Positions 38,453 through 49,771 of a stretch of 64,000 nt of DNA are shown here, in pieces. The notes under the pieces were generated by a model that saw only the letters and a list, made by a program, of their open reading frames with translations, was not told the DNA's origin and ran no database searches. Every line of letters starts with the position of its first letter. Position 1 is the first letter of the stretch. Position numbers and translations under genes: made by a program. Location of the stretch: positions 30,628,001 to 30,692,000 of the forward strand of contig CM059429.1 in NCBI GenBank assembly GCA_030390025.1, written 5' to 3'. This stretch comes from Squalus acanthias (Eukaryota).

Positions 38453-38894
38453 GTAGGTTGGACATGAAAGTGAATTTTACATAACCCAAGTGTGCCATAA
38501 TAACCAGGGGTTTATCAGCAGTGGTTTGTCACTTAACTGTTTGTTTCTGTACAGGTGTGTAATATTTTAGATTATATTACCAGCAGGTAACATGCAACAT
38601 ATGCATTAACAAGAGATGATGCTCAAAACAGGCATTTCGTAAAAATGAGGGGAAGATAGAGAGAAACAGTGTTAAAAAGAAAATGGTATGATATAAATCA
38701 AGTGCAAACTTGGATCAGGTGTTGAATGAATAGTCACTTCTGGTAGCCACTTGAACTTGAAGCAATAATGGATTTTGAATCCAGCGGTCGCAGTTGGTTT
38801 CATGCTTTGTCGCTCCAAGAGTCTATCCATATGCAAACAATAAGCACTCGATGCTTAGTCGGGCTTCAAAATGTCTTTCTCTTACATTAATATG

Positions 38895-39127
38895 TAGACG
38901 CCATTGGCAGGCATGCCTTGAGCTGCGTAGGCCTCAAGTTCTGAAATTTCCTCCATAAACCACTCCATCTCCCTCTCCTCCTTTCAAGATCCTTCTTAAA
39001 ACCCATCTCTTACACCAAGCTTTTGGTCATGGCTGCTAATATCTCCTTCATTGGCTCTGTGAACATTTTTTTGAACATAGACGTTTTTCTACATTAAAGG
39101 CACTATAGAAATGCAAGTTGTTGTTGC
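38895..39127 (+). mobile_element. L2-clade LINE 3' end fragment
   Basis: Same family as 28905-29370 in the opposite orientation; tail aaaggcactatagaaatgcaagttgttgttg. Confidence 0.7.
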
Positions 39128-39818
39128 AGTATGACATTGGCACCATCAAGTTGCCTTTTAAAAATGTAAATTCGTCCATCTTGATAGCTCAGAATTAAAG
39201 TTTGTGAATCATATAGACCAAGAGGGTTCTGGGTCTGATCCCCAGTCTGTAGCTGATCTCAGTGAGGGCAGCAGTAGGAGTGGTACATCTGGCCCCTATG
39301 CCCCAGGTTGGAGAAGGGGAAAATAGTCTCACGTCCTGCTTCTGATTATTATTTGTGATCCCTGCTAGAAATGCATATGTATGGATTCCTGATTTTTTAA
39401 AAAGTATCAAGACAGATGACCCACCTGCACTCAATCCAGGCTTCCACATGAATAATGATTCCTTGGGTGACGTATAGGTGGGGACCTGGCAACCGTAGAA
39501 CTGTACTGCATTAAACGAGTAAGTGCCTTGAAGAGAAAAAAGTATCAGCCAAGTTATACATTTATTCCCTTTGTTCAGGACAGAACTTTCTTTTCTAATT
39601 GACCCTTAATTTCTTGGTTTGATGCCTTGAATAGAGTTGCTCTCAACAAAAAAGCTACAATGTATCTTAAGGCCAGAAATTATTCAGTCCCATTGAATCT
39701 TAAAGAGCAAGTTTGAACCAAAAAAAAAGTACATGAAAGGACAAATGATACTGATGTAAAGCAGGAATGTTCCTGTGGTAATCTGTTCTTACGCATAATT
39801 GACCTTCTGTCTCTCTAG

Positions 39819-39937
39819 ATGGGACTTCTTCTGCCTCCTCCTCTGTTACCCCTAGCCAGGACTCTGGAGACCCCTTGATATTGCAGAACCAAAAGCAATA
39901 TGAAGATGAACAGAGAGTGGTGCAGCAGCTACGGAAG
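39819..39937 (+). CDS. LRCH3: LRCH3 exon (DGTSSASSSVTPSQDSGDPLILQNQKQYEDEQRVVQQLRK)
   Basis: ctctctag/gtaatc; phase 1 to 0; ends QLRK as in LRCH proteins before the CH domain. Confidence 0.93.
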
Positions 39938-40454
39938 GTAATCAGTTGTACATTTGCTCACCAGAACAGAAGCATCATTGCACAAACCTGCAGTAAATAC
40001 AATCCATGGAGAATGTATTAATGTGCTAATTGTAGAATGATTCCAATTGGTATTTATTTACCAGGAAATATGTTCATCTTGTCTTGTTCATTTATTTTCT
40101 TGTCGTCCGTTCCTTCTCTTTCCCCCCTCCCCCCTCCCCCCACCAAAATAAAATTGGAGCCTTACGTTGTGCGTAGCTAGCTGATCAGAAATGCACCCAG
40201 CATTAGAGCTCTCACTATTTCTGTTATTGCACTAAGGCTAGCTTTATCACAGAAGTCTGGACATTTTGTTTTAATAATTAGCACTTTTACATCCCTACCC
40301 CATTACCACAATTTTATCCCACAGGGACTTCCATGCAAGCAGTTTTTTTTAATTCTTCCCTTCCTCTTCATGCCACCCAATCCATTCCACTCTGGCTCAG
40401 AAGAGCACGCCTAATGCAACAATGGGAATTTTTCCATTTCCAACATCAACCATT

Positions 40455-40660
40455 TTGAGTGAAATTGCCAACTAGCTGCCAATCAGTGCCACTTTAGGCT
40501 GGCTTTATGCTGTGGTCACGTATCCACTAGGAACTGGCCCAAACTCATTAACATAGGATTCTTACACTGTGACAGCAGACTAAAATTACTTTATCCCATC
40601 AACCCGTGTTGGATTCAAGCACAGGTTCCAGAACTGAAAGGTCAGTGCATCACCCAACCC
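40455..40660 (-). mobile_element. LF-SINE-like element
   Basis: Reverse complement cctttca..ttgaatcca..cctatgttaatgagtttgggccagttcctagtgga..ggcactgattggca matches recalled LF-SINE blocks. Confidence 0.55.
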
Positions 40661-40715
40661 TCCCCTCCACTTAATGATCAAATAGTTGTACGTTTCTTTC
40701 TGGTTTCTTTCTCAG

Positions 40716-40853
40716 AACATTGAAACACGGTTAAAAGTTTCTCTCCCGAGTGATCTTGGTACAGCACTTACAGATGGTGTTGTCCTCTGTCATCTGGCTA
40801 ATCACGTGAGACCACGGTCGGTGCCCAGTATACATGTCCCGTCTCCAGCAGTG
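40716..40853 (+). CDS. LRCH3: LRCH3 CH-domain exon (NIETRLKVSLPSDLGTALTDGVVLCHLANHVRPRSVPSIHVPSPAV)
   Basis: ttctcag/gtgagt; canonical LRCH calponin-homology sequence. Confidence 0.98.
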
Positions 40854-42027
40854 GTGAGTATTCTGAAGTCTGATGCTATCAAAACAATGACATTAGTGAC
40901 AAATATATCAAGCTTTTCTGTTAGAGTAAGGAAGTGGGCAATAGTTGCAAACAGACAATGGCGTAACTAGGAAAAATTTAGCCATAATTAAGCTGGTGTG
41001 CTCATATAACCCAATTCTTGCATGTTCTTCAGTTCTTTTATTTTTATAAATTAAATCTTGGCTCCCCTGATGACCCAATAGGTAAATGCACTTTATGGTA
41101 AACCAGAAAGATCAGGAACATGCAAAGATTGCCTGGTCTGTGCTGAATTAAGTTAGCCAGGCATGAATAGAACAGAGGGAGCTCTACAGTTGACCTCAGC
41201 TTTTGTGGGCTACGTGACTCCTGCTGGAGAGAGAGAGAGTGTATCTGCGTTGTGTGCAGACTGGATAGGAATAGGCTCAGTTATGTGATCAAATAACCAG
41301 CTGACACTCTTGCTTGGGCTCACATGGGCACTTAGGTAATGTGCTGGAGGGGTTGCTGGTGCTTGTGGAACAGTGCGTGCATGTTCAACAGGGGAGAAAA
41401 AAGTAAATGAATTTCTAGAAAATGCACATAGTAACTTCACTGTAGCCAATGAATCTTCTCTTGTTTTAAGCACTGTTGTGTTTGTTGAGATTAATACATC
41501 AGATGTGCTGATTTTAGCACTAGGCTATCAGTGGCATCACACTAGTATCTTTCAGTAATTTTAATAAAATTAAAAAGAGTTTAACAGTGCTTGTTTTTTC
41601 ACACTCCAACTTTCTTCCCTTTCCTCCTCTGCTGATGACATTGACATGCTCACTGAGGTGCATTTTCAAGGGCCCCCTTTGGTGTGTTGTTGCTGTTTTA
41701 ACAATACCTGTTTTCAAGAATCTCCAGTGAAAAGTGCAATCAGATCTTTTTATAATTAATAATGCATAATGGGATTTCAGCTGGAAGGTCCAAAAGTTGA
41801 GCTAGTATCTCAAACCTTGGTGAGATCAGCTCATGATGAGAATTGCTTTGCTGTTTCCCATGCGTTTATAATTACAAGGATTGATTTGAATTTCAGGATT
41901 TGTTCTCTATGAATGTTTCCAGCTTTTTATTTCCCCCTCCTCATCCTTTATCAAACCCTCTCCTGCCCTCACTACCACGTACTGTTCACTGACTGAGTTT
42001 GCTTGCTTGTTCCACTTCTGGTTGCAG

Positions 42028-42105
42028 CCCAAACTGACAATGGCAAAATGCAGACGAAATGTGGAGAACTTCCTAGAGGCTTGTAAGAGAATTGGTGTAC
42101 CACAG
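42028..42105 (+). CDS. LRCH3: LRCH3 CH-domain exon (PKLTMAKCRRNVENFLEACKRIGVPQ)
   Basis: ttgcag/gtatgt; canonical LRCH sequence. Confidence 0.98.
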
Positions 42106-45100
42106 GTATGTACCCTTCTATATTACAATGGGTTATTTCAGGTCTATATCATTAAAAATCTTGTATCTGTGCTATTGCATGATTGATTTTACCATTGTAG
42201 TGAACCTCTAACATTGCTGATTTGGCCCATGCTAAATACATGACACCATGGACCAATCAGATCTTTGGAAGAAGATTTAAAACCTATGTACATCATTGTG
42301 ATAGTTCCTCACTCCTCTCTCCTGTTGATTCCCCAACCCAAGCATTTTACTCACTCTGCCCGTCCTGTACCCCTGCTTACTGCTCAAGCCCTACTCCCCT
42401 CACTCCCAGGACTACCTCCAAATGCTGCAGCTCCACTCTCTTCCTTCCACTGATTCCCATCCTAAGTGCTCCAGTTCCCACCTCCATCTCTGATTCTTCC
42501 CATCCACTGAAATGTGCAGTTCCAATTCCAGTGCCTGTTCCCAATATTGCAGCTGACTGCCTCTGCCCTGAAAATTGCCCCTCCCCCACTATGACCAGCT
42601 CCCCTATCATACAGTCTCCAGCTCCCAAATTCTCCCTCCGTGACACTGACTGTGAGCAACACTGCGGGAGATCTCATAGTTACTGTTATTTCTGCTTTGT
42701 TTTAGAGTTAATGTTGAATCTTAATTAAGTTACTATGGCCAGGGCTACTGATTTAAGTGAGTAAATTAACCAAATTCAGTTACAGAAAGGATTCTAGGAT
42801 TTTTTTTGTGTGTTTTGGGGGTTGTGTTGTGCGATTGAATCTATTTACTGTACCATTAGAACATTGGTTTATAGAGACTGAATGTTGAATTCTGTTTTTA
42901 ATTACATGGTTTTCTAGAATTTTGGGATTGAATTTTGCAACTCCAACCATTATTTCATGAAAAACATAAACCTGAGGCATTTAACTATATCGTAACAAGT
43001 CTTTGTTTTAAAAAAAAATTAGCCAAGCAATTGCTAAGCTGCGCTGCTGAATTCTGGAACTGGTGTTGGTATGCACTGTGGATGCTTTACATTTAGAATA
43101 CAAATTTACTGATAACTACAATTTTGTCTTTATAGGTCTGCTTCTTTTGACAGGTCTTTTATTACAATATTTAATTTGTCTATTAAACTACTCAGCAGCT
43201 GTGAATTTGTGATCTAAAGTTGTATTTTTAAGTCTTCTGAGGATTTCCTCACTTCAGCAATATTCTGTGTTTTCAGTGGCCTAGGTCTCCTATCAAGTTT
43301 GAATTTTATGTTCTGGGGCATGGAGGGGTGGGGGTTGGTTAAATGAGTGTTTTAAGGCAGGTGACCTGATGAATCTTTTGGCTGCATTTATACCTGCATG
43401 TGCTGAAAAAACTTTCAATTCTCTAACAAGTTATAACTTAACATACTTTGACTGTATTTAGACCAGATCATCATGTTTCTGCTTTCTGTAACCTTTTTCA
43501 CACTGTGTTGGGGCATGACAGCATATTGAACATACTGTTCTCTCAAATGAGAAATTTCACACAAATCCTACCTGCTTCAGCTGAGCGGATCGAGCAGTTC
43601 AGGCCAAGAACAACTACAGTAGTGTAATGCAGGCCAGCCTGTGTACAGCAGCACTTCCTGTAATTGTCACTGTTACTTCCTGTAACACTTTCCCTGTCCC
43701 ACTTTTTTGATCGTACTCCTATTGGAGTAAAACAGCATATCTTCTGACTCAACGTGAGCAATGCCATGGGAGATCTCCAGCAATTGATTATTATCTGTGA
43801 ATACATATTGTGTATCAAATAACCTGCAAACCACAGAAATTAACCTTGTACCCTAATACCCATCGTGTAATGCTGTAATCCTCAACTCCATATGGTACTG
43901 AACTTTAAAATCTCCTCTGCCAGTGTGCATCACAATTGGCTAACAGCCGTGCAGTCATTATGTAAATGCACTTATCATAAACAACATATTGTAATCTACC
44001 TCAAAGGATTCGAAGGATGTTCACGAAGCACTGGTCTTGTGGTTTATGATTTCAAATCAATCTTTTCTGTCCCAGCAGCATATCCCATTCCTTCACGCTT
44101 TTGTTAAATATGTATTGATCTGGTCTAAATTCCTGTTTTATGTTAGCATAAACTATAAAAGACAGTATCCATCCTTATAATAGTTTATCACCAATGCCAT
44201 TGTTTATTTGAAATAATATGCTACGTTCCTAAGATTCACCAGAGTCTTAAATTGTTTGGCAGTGATTCTTATTGAGTCTAGCGCAAGGATGTGCTGTAAA
44301 AATTAAAATCATAATAGTGGTTGTAAATTTAAAATATTTAGCATTTAAACATTGAACAGCAAAGTTTTAAGTGGATCACAAAAGCTGGGAAACGAGTGAA
44401 TATTTTTCATATTTACAACGAGAGGGTGTAAGGTAAAAATGTTGTTTCCCCCATTTAGCTTCCTCTGTATCGTGCACTGTTCCCTGTCACAGGAAAGGAG
44501 GGTGACTTCCTTGCGGGCCTGTACATATTCTGCTTTGCAGCTAGCTGCTATCAGGTGTCCAAGTTGCTATCTCTCTGAATTCCTCTCCTTGGAATCTACT
44601 TGTTGCTGTTTTTCTTTCTTCTTCTTGTACTTACTTAGTGGGAAATCAAATGCAGAAGTGCTATCAGAACAGTTTTCATATGCAAAGGTTGCATCTAGCA
44701 GCTGTAACTTTTGTTGATTCTGTGAAAATTATAACATTAGAACTTCAAACCATTTTTTAAAAATCTAAATAAGACGACCTTTCTATAGACATGATGTTCG
44801 ATATAACCCAGGAACTACTTTGTGGGACAAGACAAACAACTTAAGAATTACAGAATTACTGCATTCATCTTTTACCCTAGCCCTAATTAAATTCTTCCTT
44901 CCCACCTTAAGGCCTCTATCTTCCAAACAATTTTTCCAGAGAGGAATTCAGGAGTTTCCATTCATTACTTTTAACAATTGTTACAATCACTATTTGTGCA
45001 GTAGTCAGTGCTGACATGTGTTGCTCCACAACGCAGCCTGGCTGACGACTAAAAATGTCCCAGCAGTGGCAAGTGGACACCCATGATGCAGTGATGATTG

Positions 45101-45576
45101 GAAATTGAATTCAGTGGTGTAACTACCACAGTAACTGGCCTATCCTAGTGTTCAAACTCTAATTTGGATGTAAGAATATAGTTAAAATGAGCAACAGCAA
45201 CCCGTTTCAACTTCTACAGCACAGAAGTTCATCTGTGTAAAAAGAATTTCAGTTAAACTGCCTTGGTAAATTGAAACAAATGATCTAATAGATTTTCAAA
45301 AGTTAAATCAACAAATCACTGTTTGACTCTTAGGAAATCTCCCACAACAAGGAGGGAAAGATGAGAGTAGCTGGTAATCAGAAACTGTATTTAAAATTAA
45401 TGCTCCCTTTAAACTGGATACTGACTTTTTGAAGTTAATTGTGCACCCTGTGTTTATTGCGCATGAGTCTGAAACGGGACAAAGATAAAAGTAATTCTAA
45501 GCAAGTGTTGCATGCTGATTTTCTCGACTAATTTTTCTCTATCGTTTCTCTCCTGCACTCACTGAAACATTGGAAG

Positions 45577-45783
45577 GATGACCTTTGCTCTTCATCTGAT
45601 GTGCTCCAAGCCAACCTCCTCAGCACTCAAAAGACGGTTGACATGCTACTGACTTTGGGAGCGAGCATAACCAGTCCTGTTCTCGCCCCTCTCTCTGGTG
45701 GCCAGCTTGCAGGCTTTGCTCTCTTTTACATCAATGTGATGCTTCTGCTTTTTGCTCTGTACCATTGGGTCACTGTGTTCTAA
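45577..45783 (+). CDS. LRCH3: LRCH3 alternative terminal exon A, C-terminal transmembrane anchor (DDLCSSSDVLQ..LAGFALFYINVMLLLFALYHWVTVF*)
   Basis: Phase 0 after ggaag; homologous to recalled human DNLCSPSDILQ..QLLGFVAFYCTVML; ~20-residue hydrophobic tail. Confidence 0.9.
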   Translation, partial: DDLCSSSDVLQANLLSTQKTVDMLLTLGASITSPVLAPLSGGQLAGFALFYINVMLLLFALYHWVTVF

Positions 45784-47844
45784 TTAGAAGAGAAAGTATG
45801 TGTAAGGGGAAGGAGAGAGAGAGAGACTGTGCAAAGGGCTCTGTACTATTGGCCTTAGTTGAAAAAATTCCATCGAAAATGTTTCCAAGTACAGTCATAA
45901 GAGATTATTTTTAATAGAGATCTATGCTCAGACTCCTAATATTTTGGAACAGAAGCCATTCACAGTGCCTTTCATACCATTTCTCTTGACATTTAACAGA
46001 TTTTGAAGTCAAGACTCCACTTTTTTTTGCTCATATTCAGTCCACTCGCAGACCCACTGTTTGACTGAAAAGTTCATGCATTCTTGGCTGACATTATAAG
46101 CTGTTCTTCGTAAAAAGCTCTTTAAATGATTGTCATACCATCAGAATCATTTTGTTACTATCTTGTTAATCAGATTAAAATATTCCCAAAATAACAAGGC
46201 TGGTATTTACACTTTTGTTGGGGCTAGTTCTAAGGATAGGACCTGTTGTCTGTTGGAAGATGGATCAAGCTGTTACTATTAACATTAGTGAGACTTTCAT
46301 CCTCCTTCTTCCTGGACTGTATCTGAGGTGGAAAGGCAGTGCATTAAAATACTGTACCTTCAAAAACAATTCCTTTGTGTTTGGTCTACCAAACACTGGT
46401 CTCTTTTGATTATGTTTAACAGCCTGTGATTGAATCCATTATATTAATATCAAGTTGTGAATCCTGTCCTTTCCGGTGTGGTTGAGTGGCTAGTGTAGAA
46501 GTTGGTGGTTGCAGAGGTATTGATTATCTTCATGTACTGTGAATCTATTCTGCACTTGTGAATGTGAAAAATTAAGTATACAATACATGTTGTGCCCCTG
46601 CCTTCACTGCATTATTACTACTGCATATATATTACTGTTAAACTACAACTGCTGGATAATTCAATTAAAAGCCATGGCAAGGATGGATAGTTTCAGCAGC
46701 AATAAGATAATATTGTTTTGTTTATTTTAGAGAACAGAATTGATTTTTTAAAAATCTGTGTTTAATTTTTGTATATGTCAAGTGTAACCACCATCTATCT
46801 GTCTTTGGTCCTGCCCCCATAGTTAATGTTTCACCACCTTTGAAAACTTATTAGCAAAAGCAGACTGTTGTGAACCAATTTCCGCCTGTTCTTGGGAAGT
46901 AAATGATATCCATATCATTCAACTTAACGTTGTACAATAGAGAACATAATCAAAATTAATGGAGTAAAGATTGTCTCACGTGGGAACAGGCAAAGCCTTC
47001 TGCTACAGAACTCTTGTGTCTTGTAAATGACAGAACTTGCTCACTTTTCTCAGGGACAGGTACCTTACCTATCCAAATACATCATTGATACCATCATTTT
47101 ATTGACATTTTTGATATCTTCTGATTTAAGCAGAAAAAAATTACCTCCCTGATACAAAGTTGAACACCCTCCTTTTTCCTTTGCATTGATACATTAAAGT
47201 TGAAGATATTTGATAATATCATAAATCTTGAAAAGAAAAACTTGCTTTTTATATAGCGCCTTGTCACGCTTGATGTATAAACCAAATATTACTGCATCTT
47301 TAACTGTCAAGCACAACTTTTTTGTGTGAGTAGATGAATTGCATAATCGACTTCCAACTAATTTTGTTCATTCATTCATTTATGCTCATTTAACAGGTTA
47401 TTTTCTTGCAGCAGTAAAGAAGGTATATGTTTTGCTAAATAAGCCTTCAAATGTTCACATGCAGTATTCAGAGCAGTGGACATTGCGCTAGAGTTAGTGG
47501 CCACTAGCATCTGAAAGTAATTGTATGGTGGCCAAAAATAAAGTTACAATATGAAAATAAATATTCCATCCATATTTATTTCTCTCATCCAAATCTATTT
47601 TCTGCACTTCTAAATCACAGCAAGTGTTACCCTTGCTCTGTACCAAAGATGAAACCCGTCTGTAACTTTTTGCTAAAAAGCATGCATAAGAAATACTGCC
47701 ATTGTGGTTTGTGCACCGCAATGTCCAATGATGTGAGGCAGTAATTATGAGAACTGAGTAAATGCCAAAAGGGACGCAAGCCATTTTAATATATAAATGC
47801 TTTTTCCTCCTTTTCTCCAAATTTTTCCCTTTATATCCCCACCC

Positions 47845-48225
47845 CTGCTGTAGCTCATGCTGGGGTACGGTTCCATTGGCAGCGCCCACCCTCTAGTGCC
47901 ATGCCCAGATGGTTATTATTCCAGTGTGATCCTGGACAGTGAGTGTCAGCAGGATATTCAAACATCGCAGCTTGAACCAAGTCATTTTTGCACCCACTGT
48001 CCACATGCATCCATTTCCAGCAGGATAGAAATCAGGAGTGGGAATGTTGGGCTGATTTATTTTTCATTCTTAGCCCAATCTCTGAGACCAATTTTAGCAA
48101 CTCTATTGCTGTTTGACTGAGATTGGCTAATTCACTTCTAACAAGAGCTTAAACCTGGGACCTTCCTGGTCTGTACAACTCGGGACCACACCAGACAGTC
48201 TATTTACCCACTCAACCAGCAAAGG
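47845..48225 (-). mobile_element. Old tRNA-derived SINE-like repeat, reverse copy
   Basis: gactgagattggctaattcac..cctgggaccttcctggtctgt..tttacccact is the reverse of the family head and core. Confidence 0.6.
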
Positions 48226-49663
48226 GCTCTTGTCAAATGTAGGTTTTAATAGTAAGTTCACACTATAGCCCCAGTAAAATCCTGTAACTTTGAAGAAACA
48301 GCAGACAATATTCTGTAAATAAAAGTATCAACTTTCTGCAGAATTGAAAAATATTTAACATTCAACTGATTCTGAGGTGTAGCCGGGGCTCACTGAAGTG
48401 CATCAGTATGAGGATTAACTCAAGATTACTGTTGGTTTTATGTAATATGGCAGGTGGGAATCTATAAACTGTTTAAATGACAGTTTTTAAAAATAAAGCT
48501 TTTTAATTTATGAAAGCACTGTCTACTGAAAAAACATAGGAGTTTATATATAGAAATTTCCTGACCGAAACATTTGCTTTCCAGTGAATGTTCCAATTCA
48601 GATGGGTTTTTCATTTAACAGTGAGAAGATCACTCCTGATAAAATATAAAACCAATTCATTTCTTTGTCGTGGTAAATTATAGATTCCTACTACATGTTC
48701 TTTGTCAATTTTTTTCTGAGGATTTTATTTTTCTAATTATTTATTGATTTTATTACATTACTGTACAGTATTTGTATAAAACCAAGATTGCTAGAAGTGA
48801 TTTAACCATGCAGTAGTTTTTACATATTTTAACAGAGTCCATTATTTTTCTTAACTGATGAGGAAAGGCATAAGTAATAAATTTGCAACTTGTCTCACGA
48901 TGGATAACCTTGACAGCCTGGATCACTACTTGGTATTTTAGTCCAGGTCCTACTTGTTCTTGCTATTCAAAGTTCTTTCTGTGTAATGCATTCTGAAGAT
49001 AAGTCTGCAATGAATTAACATATCAATAATTGAGATTCTATTTGCTGCCTTTTATTCATTTTAAATAGGAATTTTACACACACCACTATAGCACTACATT
49101 TAACATCTTGCAAGTGGGGAATAGAGTTTTCTAATTTTTTTAATCAAATCTAACCCAACATCTTTTAAAAACTTTTATCTTCCCTCACACACATACAGCA
49201 AGTGTACAGCAGTACTTTTTATTTCCATTGAAGTTGGGAATATAAATAGGCATCCAAAAATCACCTAGCCTAGAGCAAAATACAGTTTTATTGCTTTTTT
49301 GCACTTCCATCATCTGTCAGTCACATTGTGGGCACAGGTGCATGGAGGTCTGCGTTAGGGGGTGAGGTTTAAAGTTTTGTTGGTGGGATTGGTTAGGGAT
49401 AGACTCCTGAAGTTACCATTGGCAACTGCACCCCTGCCCCCTCCCACTTTGTTGCTGCTCATCTGCTTTCCTCAATTCATTTGTATGCAAGCAGTTAGTG
49501 TTCACAAGTTAATTTTGATGTCTTATATTGTCATTTCGTTTTTCAGGTCTTCCATTTTTTAAGTTTGGTTTTATCTTTTCACATGTATGTCATTTGTTAA
49601 TTTTGTTTTTCTCCCCTCTCTTCTTTTATTCCCCTCCCTTTCTCTTTTTTTCATTTTGTTTAG

Positions 49664-49771
49664 GATCGATTGTGCCTGCCCCTTCACATTCTAGAAGAGA
49701 AAGGACTGGCACAGGTAGCCGTGACTATAGAAACTCTGCTTGAGCTCGCCCCTACCAAACAGCACCATTAA
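49664..49771 (+). CDS. LRCH3: LRCH3 alternative terminal exon B, soluble (DRLCLPLHILEEKGLAQVAVTIETLLELAPTKQHH*)
   Basis: Very long pyrimidine tract + tttag; homologous to recalled human EQLCLPLHILEEKGLSQVAVTVQALLELAP. Confidence 0.95.
   Translation, partial: DRLCLPLHILEEKGLAQVAVTIETLLELAPTKQHH

Noticed and set aside
42222-42728. 168-aa Pro/Ser-rich ORF
   Set aside because: C/T-rich intronic low-complexity sequence; no homology or splice signals.
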